DNA of 14,435 nucleotides from Octopus sinensis (lineage: Eukaryota), in contig NW_021825835.1 of assembly GCF_006345805.1 (NCBI RefSeq), positions 1 through 14,435 of the forward strand. Direction: 5' to 3'. The notes beneath the pieces are model-generated. The model was not told where the DNA came from. It was given only the letters and a program-made list of their open reading frames with translations, and did no database searches. This document shows, piece by piece, positions 8,270 to 14,435 of the stretch. Within the stretch, counting starts at the first letter, position 1. The number at the start of each line of letters is the position of its first letter. The position numbers and the translations under genes were made by a program.

Positions 8270-9260
8270 GAATAAGAAAAGAAGAGAAGAAGAAGAAGAA
8301 GAAGAAGAAATGATGAAGAAACAACAAAAGCTATAAAACAAATGAAATCCAAACTAAAAATAGAACAGCAACGAACCATGATAAAACGATGGCAAGAAAA
8401 GCCCCCTTCATGGTAAATACCTGATACTAAACTAAACGCAAAAGAATAGACAAAGAAAAATCCCAGCAATGGTTGAGAAGCTCAGGACTCAAAGCAGAAA
8501 CAGAGGGATTTTTTAATTGCAGCACAAGACCAAAGCCTCCCCACCAGAAATTACCAAAACATATAATGAAAAGAAATATAACAAGTAACTGCAGAATATG
8601 TGGAGATGAACAAGAAACAATAAATCATATTATCTCTGGCTGCCTAGTCCTAGCTAAGAAGGAATATATTCACAGACACGACAGATTTGGGACCTATATA
8701 CACTGGAAGCTATGCCAACATTATGAAATAACAACAGAAAAAAGATGGTATAGGTACACACCAGAAAAGGTCTCAGAAAACGAGAAAGCAACCATACTCT
8801 GGGATATGCCAATACACACAGATAGAGAAATTAAGGCCAACAGACTAGATATAGTTGTCAGAGATCATGAAGAAAAAAAATGCTTTCTAATTGATGTATC
8901 AATACCAGCAGATGACAACGTGTCTCTAAAAGTAATGGAGAAACTTTCAAAATACAAAGACCTGGAAATAGAGGTAACCAGAATGTGGAATCTAAAAAAG
9001 AAACAATTCCTATCATAATAGGTGCATTAGGCGTGATAAAAAAATATTCAGACAAATACATAACAAAAACACCAGGACTCACAAACACATATAACATACA
9101 GAAAATTGCACTACTAGGCACTGCACACATCCTACGCAGAACACTTTCCATATAGTAACCATCAGAGCATCACAACAAATCACAGCACATACCTAAGGCA
9201 CACAGAGCTGCGCTCGGTAGTGAAGTGAAAGCACGTTTTAAAAATAAAACTACTGAATGA
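8270..9260 (+). mobile_element. 5'-truncated, frameshifted R4/Dong-type non-LTR retrotransposon (family 1): CCHC knuckle, RLE endonuclease and 3' UTR
   Basis: Reconstructed reading RWQEKPLHGKY..QWLRSSGLKAETEGFLIAAQDQSLPTRNYQ..CRICGDEQETINHIISGC (C-x2-C-x8-H-x4-C)..RHD..ANR(L)DIVV..LIDVSIP..KLSKYKDL..IPIIIGALG..LLGTAHILRRTLSI*, stop at 9153-9155. At least 5 frameshifts; no RT core present. Confidence 0.9.
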
Positions 9261-9368
9261 TAATACATAATAATATATAATACTTATGATGATGATGCTG
9301 ATGCTGATAATAATAATGATAATATACTTATGAAGATGATGGTGATATTATAAAAACTAATAATAATA

Positions 9369-9400
<32 letters not shown>

Positions 9401-9493
9401 GTAGTAATAATAATATAATATATAATAATAATAATAATAATATAATATAATAATAATAAAATGATAATAATAGTAAATAATAATAATAATATA

Positions 9494-9534
<41 letters not shown>
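9258..9534. repeat. (TAA)n/(TGA)n compound microsatellite between the two LINE fragments
   Basis: Direct reading of the sequence. Confidence 0.92.
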
Positions 9535-10432
9535 TGTGACAAATATGTGACCCGCAGCAAACAAAGCTGATGTTGACCAGAAGCAACCCATCAGTGGCTA
9601 CGGAGCTCAGGGCTAAAGCAGAGAGCGAAGTTTCATCCTGGCTGCTCAAAATCAAAACCTATTAACCGGAACTACCAGGCCAATGTGATGAAAAATGGAC
9701 AGACCCAAAATGCCGATTCTGCAACGACATGACTGAACAGTGGACCACCTAATCTCTGGATGTAAAGTCTTAGCACCAGTGGAGTATAAATTAGACATGA
9801 CAGAGTTGGCCAATATCTCCACTGGCTAATAAGTCGGCATTACAATATCAAAACTGCCGACAAGTGGTATAATCACCACCCTGAGGCTGTAACTGAAGGA
9901 GAAAATGTAACCATTCTGTGGGACTTTCCAGTACATACATACCGAACCATCAAGGCCAATAAACCAGATATTGTTGTGAAAGACCAAACAATAAAGTTGC
10001 TTATTGATCGACATGAGCATCCCCCTGGATCTAATATCTCAGCGAAAGAGTTTGACAAGCTCAGAAAATATAAAGACCTACTCATTGAAATTGAGAAAAT
10101 GTGGCATCTCAAGGCGGTTACAATACCAGTAATCGTAGAGCACTAGGAATGATCAAGAAGGGAACCGAAAATATATGAGAATGATCCCTGGCTTACCATC
10201 CTGCAAGAAGTGCAAAAGATTGTCTTAACTGGTACATCACACGTATTGAGAAGAGCATTGTCGATGTGAGAACTGTTGCTGCTCATGCATTTTAATTTAA
10301 CTTTAAAAAAAAAAAAATGAACGAACTATGAGTTTGGTTTAATGGCCTATCAATGTACACTATGAGTTTCTTTGCCCTAGGAGTCGGGAAGACACTCGGC
10401 AAGAAATGGAAGCAAATTTGAAAAAAAAAAAA
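9531..10432 (+). mobile_element. 5'-truncated, frameshifted R4/Dong-type non-LTR retrotransposon (family 2): CCHC knuckle, RLE, 3' UTR and poly(A)
   Basis: Reconstructed HQWLRSSGLKAESEGFILAAQ..TRNYQ..CRFCNDMTETVDHLISGC..RHDRVGQYLHW..ILWDFPVHT..KANKPDIVV..CLLIDMSIP..KLRKYKDL..IPVIVGALG..LTGTSHVLRRALSM*, stop at 10267-10269. A12 at 10421-10432, then (TAA)n to 10456. Not in the supplied ORF track because of many 1-nt deletions. Confidence 0.9.
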
Positions 10433-10689
10433 GTAATAATAATAATAATAATAATATTGGTGGTTAATGAGATAGAAAGACAAAACGACTGGTCATTTAA
10501 ATTAGCAAAAGTTACTCGTTTAATCTACTGTAAATACTCAGTACCACTACTTGGAAATAGACTGTTTATCTCATTCTAATGGCTTAGTTTTAAGTTTGTC
10601 CTCAGCTACGGGAGTTATAATGCTCCAGCTTGCCCACTTTACATGGCGTATACGTAACTTTGATTAAAATTCGTCTACACAAAACGGGA

Positions 10690-11246
10690 CGCGAAATTTT
10701 TTTTCCCACGTAGTTCCGGACACCAGTAATGAACTCATTTCCATACAGCCAATCAGAGCTCACTTCGACCTTGTTGTCAAGGTAACAAACACACTCAACC
10801 AAGATAAGACTCAAGATGAAGAACGGTGTTGTAAGTCGACCGATCGCCAAGTTTATGCCTGATTTTAGAAGGAGACAAGTAATTAGATAGATTTGCATCT
10901 ATACCTATCATCGGATTTTGTTAGGGCCCCATATGGGAAAGATGTGGATGGGAAAAGTGTGAGGAGAGGGTGATGTGCTAGAAACCCTCTCCCCATTACT
11001 GTTTTATAAAGTAAACAATAACACAAATAACTACGCAGAGGCAGCCATGGTTGGAACAAGAACAATAACAACAGGCATTATTAAAAGAGAAACGAAGCAT
11101 GGTCATTCCTTACCCAAGTGACCTTATCTTATCGCCCATCGCTTGTTATGCGTTCATAAATCCGTTTGATAACTGAGCTCTGATTGACTGTATGTAAATG
11201 AGTTCATAACCGGGGTCCGGAACTCACGTGGGAAAAAAAATTCGCG
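10690..11246. mobile_element. 557-bp element bounded by ~76-bp inverted repeats (MITE or non-autonomous DNA transposon-like)
   Basis: 10690-10765 versus the reverse complement of 11171-11246: 6 mismatches and 2 one-base gaps in 77 aligned columns. No ORF inside and no clear TSD. Confidence 0.65.
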
Positions 11247-11276
11247 AACTGGACATCAGTAAGTCGTAGAGTTAAT

Positions 11277-11404
11277 TTCCCAGCTTTTACTGGAACTTAT
11301 TTACAGCTGAGTGAACAGGATCAAGAACGCAGTGCACCACCCGCACCGTGATTTGAAACTACGATCTTGCGATTGCGAGTGCAGTACCCTTACTCCTAGA
11401 CGCT
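11277..11404 (-). mobile_element. Degenerate tRNA-derived SINE related to family C, with an internal deletion
   Basis: Minus strand ggagtaagggtactgcactcgcaatcgcaagatcgtagtttcaaatc..gcgttcttga..cactcagctgtaaataagt parallels 11504-11765. Confidence 0.55.
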
Positions 11405-11503
11405 TACTCCTGCCGTCACCTTTCATGTATAACATAGCTTGAATGCAAATTTGGTTAACTCTACAAACCTATTTTCAGCTGTTACTGTCAAAATAGTAAT
11501 TAA

Positions 11504-11765
11504 AAATAATAATAAATGCGCCCTTTTAAAGCCTAGCCAGGCTCATGGGCCCGGTTTCACGGTTTCAATGGCGTATGTGTTCCCCAGCTGGACGGGAAGA
11601 CAGTCCATCGCAGCGTTACTCATTTTTGCCAGCGGAGTGGACTGGAGCAACGTGAAATGAAGTGTTTTGGTCAAGAACACAACGCGTCGCCCGGTCCAAG
11701 AATCGAAACCACAATCTTACGATCATGATGCTGACACCCTAACCACTAAGCCACGAGCCTCCACA
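11504..11765 (-). mobile_element. tRNA-derived SINE family C (V-SINE-like domain) with a 14-bp TSD
   Basis: Minus strand head gtggaggctcgtggcttagtggttaggg (A box), ggtttcgattc (B box), gtgttcttgaccaaaacactt and ctgcgatggact (V-SINE-like as recalled), (TTA)n tail. TSD aaaatagtaattaa at 11490-11503 and 11766-11779. Confidence 0.9.
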
Positions 11766-12080
11766 AAAATAGTAATTAATATAGATTAATTGCTACGAGT
11801 TCTTCATAGAAGACAGGGCCTCTATCGAAACCTTTTTCAAGGGTTTTAAGATTAATTGGTTGGGGGGGGGGGGGGGAATCGGTGCCTTCAAACAATAGAC
11901 TAGATTCTAACACCTACTATAGAGAAGTCTTCACTTACGGCTTAGTGTTATCGTAGATGTATTAAACGAAATGGCGGGTTACGTCTCTCACGCAATATCA
12001 GACAGGCCGTTATATAATACATAAAGATATAGAATGCATTGATAAAATGCAGGAAGATCTCGTAAACGTGGAAACATAAT

Positions 12081-13193
12081 CTTTTATCTTTTGCTTCTTT
12101 CAGTCAGTGCATTGAAGTGCGGCCATGCTGGGACACCACCTTGGAAGGTTTTAGTCAAACAAAACCATAAAATTTGTTTTAAAGGTCTTGTACTTATCCA
12201 ATTGTTGGCTTAAGCGAAATCGCTAAGTTATGGAGAATAAAATAAAACACTTGTTGTCGAATGGTGGGGGCTGTCTAATACACACACACACACACACACA
12301 CACACATTCACTCTCACACACAGACACACACCTAAACACACACAGACTGACACACGCACACTCACACACAGACACTCACATTCACTCACTCACACACAGA
12401 CACACTCACATTCACTCACTCACACACACACACATACACAGAGACACACACAGATACACAGGCAGACACACACACACTTACACACACATTCGCTCAGACA
12501 CACACACAGACAAACACACATTTACCCCCTAACACACAGACACATATGCACAGAGACACACACAAACACAGACACACACCCAAACAGACACATAGACAGG
12601 CACATTCACATACACACACACATTTACTCACATGCACACAGAGACACACAGACAGACACGTACACACACACACACACATTAACACACATACACACATATT
12701 CACTCATTCACACACACACACACACACCTAGACAGACAGACAGACACACACATACACATTTACTCACACACACAGACACACACCTAGACAGATAGACACA
12801 TACATTAACACACATACATATTTGCTCACACACACAGACACACACATTCACTCATTCACACACACACACATACACACACAGACACACACCTAGACAGACA
12901 GACACACATTAACACACATACACTTTTACTCACACACACACAGACACACACATTCACTCACATTAACACACGTACACACACACACATACCTAGACAGACA
13001 GACACACACATACACATTTACTCACACACACAGACACACACCTAGACAGATAGACACACACATTAACACACATACACATTTGCTCACACACACACACATA
13101 CACACACAGACACACGCCTAGACAAACAGACACACACATTAACACACATACACATTTGCTCACACACACACAGACACACACATTCACTCATTC

Positions 13194-13226
<33 letters not shown>

Positions 13227-13379
13227 ACGACGAGCCTGTTTTAGTTTCTGTCTACCAAATTCACTCATAAGTTTTTGGACGGCCCGGCGCTATGCATGGT
13301 AGAAGATACCAGCCCAAGAATGAACCTGAAACCATTTATTGAGAAGCAAATTTCTTACCACGCAGACATGCCTGTGCCT
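12081..13379 (-). mobile_element. Older SINE family B copy split by a ~950-bp expansion of its internal microsatellite
   Basis: 3' half 12081-12277 (tgcggccatgctggg..caccacctt, gtacttat, gctaagtta, ttgtcgaatggtggggg) and 5' half 13225-13379 (gtttctgtctaccaaattcactc..cttaccacgcag..cctgtgcct). Confidence 0.8.
12278..13224. repeat. (CA)-rich compound satellite with higher-order duplications
   Basis: Marker cctagac at 12727, 12783, 12889, 12989, 13041 and 13117. Block ~12727-12835 is repeated at ~12989-13095. Confidence 0.92.
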
Positions 13380-13540
13380 TCTAAGACACAGACGTATTTT
13401 TTAAGGACAAATAAACTGAAAAATGTCGGTTATAAGAATAAAATCCATACACAAAAATGATTTATCAGAATTTAGTCTACCAAAACGAAAAAACTTCTAG
13501 GGATAGCCGAAGAGCAGGTCCTCAGAAAGAAGGTACTCAC

Positions 13541-13629
13541 CCTGTCTCTGATGTAATAGTCTAAGTTCTTTACGCCTACTGACACACTAACGAGGCCGGG
13601 CTGCACCATGGCCAAGACTCCCGGGTAAC
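13541..13629 (-). CDS. Possible 89-nt internal coding exon (unverified): (G)YPGVLAMVQPGLVSVSVGVKNLDYYIRDR
   Basis: GC-richer unique island, minus-strand acceptor cccccgcag|G, strong donor AGG|gtgagt, one stop-free frame. Weak polypyrimidine tract and no recognised homology. Confidence 0.22.
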
Positions 13630-13897
13630 CTGCGGGGGTGTCACATTTTTTGCCTGTGTTTGAGTTGGATCGTGCAACCTCCAGGGCCCAGGTGTCTCAA
13701 AGTCACGTTATATATTCTTTGGACCAATGTGTATCGGATAGTAAAAGGAAAAAAAACAATTGTGTGTGTGCGTATGTGTTTATTTGCGTGTGTGTGTGTG
13801 GTTTGGTGTCTGTGTATGCTCGCATGTACACACTAAAGAAATAACAGCCAAAGGATAGATAACCGGACATACTTAAAATCAACTGTAAATATACATA

Positions 13898-14043
13898 GGC
13901 GCAGGAGTAGCTTGCTTGCCAACCACATGGTTCCGGGTTCAGTCCCACTGCGTGACATCTTGGGCAAGTGTCTTCTGCTATAGCCTCGGCCGACCAAAGC
14001 CTTGTGAGTGGATTTGGTAGACGGAAACTGAAAGAAGCCCGTC

Positions 14044-14100
<57 letters not shown>

Positions 14101-14314
14101 TTATGTGTGTATATCTTTGTGTGTCTCTGTTTGTCCCATCAGCATCCCTTGACAACCGATGCTGGTGTGTTTACGTCCCCGTAACTTAAGGGTTCGGCAA
14201 AGAGACCGATAGAATAAATACTAGGCTTACAAAGAATAAGTCCTGGGGTCGATTTGCTCGAATAAAGGCAGTGCTCCAGCATGGCCACAGTCAAATGACT
14301 GAAACAAGTAAAAG
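13898..14314 (+). mobile_element. SINE family B young copy with a 15-nt deletion removing the A box
   Basis: ggcgcaggagt|agcttgc versus ggcgcaggagt-ggctgtgtggtaagt-agcttgc in the 6167 copy. The remainder is colinear, including internal (TA)n ~14044-14097. Confidence 0.92.
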
Positions 14315-14348
14315 GGTATATAGATACGCTCGCGCGCGCACACACCGA

Positions 14349-14392
14349 GATGGATAGATAGATAGATAGATAGCTATATAGATAGATGGATG

Positions 14393-14435
<43 letters not shown>
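14349..14435. repeat. (GATA)n microsatellite running off the window end
   Basis: Direct reading of the sequence. Confidence 0.95.

Noticed and set aside
8473-9018. 181-aa ORF as a functional host zinc-finger or nuclease gene
   Set aside because: It is part of a truncated LINE ORF with frameshifts upstream, inside and downstream, and a PD-to-LD change.
10664-11275. TTAA target-site duplication around the inverted-repeat element (piggyBac or Kolobok type)
   Set aside because: The two TTAA sites are not symmetrically placed relative to the arms and the adjacent bases do not form matching termini.
11680-11765. tRNA gene on the minus strand (also the heads at 6167 and 13898)
   Set aside because: A and B boxes are present but there is no closed acceptor stem. 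The sequence continues into a SINE body and has a TSD.
11862-11876. G15 homopolymer as a regulatory G4
   Set aside because: Isolated run with no supporting context, and its length is unreliable if the assembly has homopolymer errors.
13491-13559. KLLGIAEEQVLRKKVLTLSLM** resembling the LINE C-terminus LLGTAHILRRTLSI**
   Set aside because: Short, gapped similarity with no upstream RLE motifs; likely chance.
13594-13640. HDV-like ribozyme starting ggccggg
   Set aside because: P1 pairing is imperfect and no P3/L3 or P1.1 elements could be found.
3463-14345. Numerous supplied ORFs rich in YI, HT, CV, poly-L/I/Y
   Set aside because: They are translations of (TA)n, (CA)n and (TAA)n microsatellites or of SINE bodies, with no coding signal.

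Overview
AT-rich eukaryotic non-coding DNA, about 14.4 kb, dominated by repeats. From recalled SINE sequences it is most likely an octopod cephalopod (Octopus) intron or intergenic region; this was not database-checked. No intact protein-coding gene is present. Contents: (i) many copies of three tRNA-derived SINE families, called A, B and C here, including head-to-tail multimers and a family-B copy whose internal microsatellite has expanded to about 950 bp; (ii) two different 5'-truncated R4/Dong-type non-LTR retrotransposon fragments (CCHC knuckle plus restriction-like endonuclease) stacked head-to-tail in one (TAA)n microsatellite; (iii) two minus-strand minimal hammerhead ribozyme motifs of the Penelope-like-element type, one with a fully canonical core (5823-5911) and one mutated (1514-1559); (iv) a 557-bp element bounded by 76-bp inverted repeats; (v) a 3-unit G4/hairpin minisatellite; (vi) many microsatellites, which explain most of the supplied ORFs; (vii) one weak candidate minus-strand exon.
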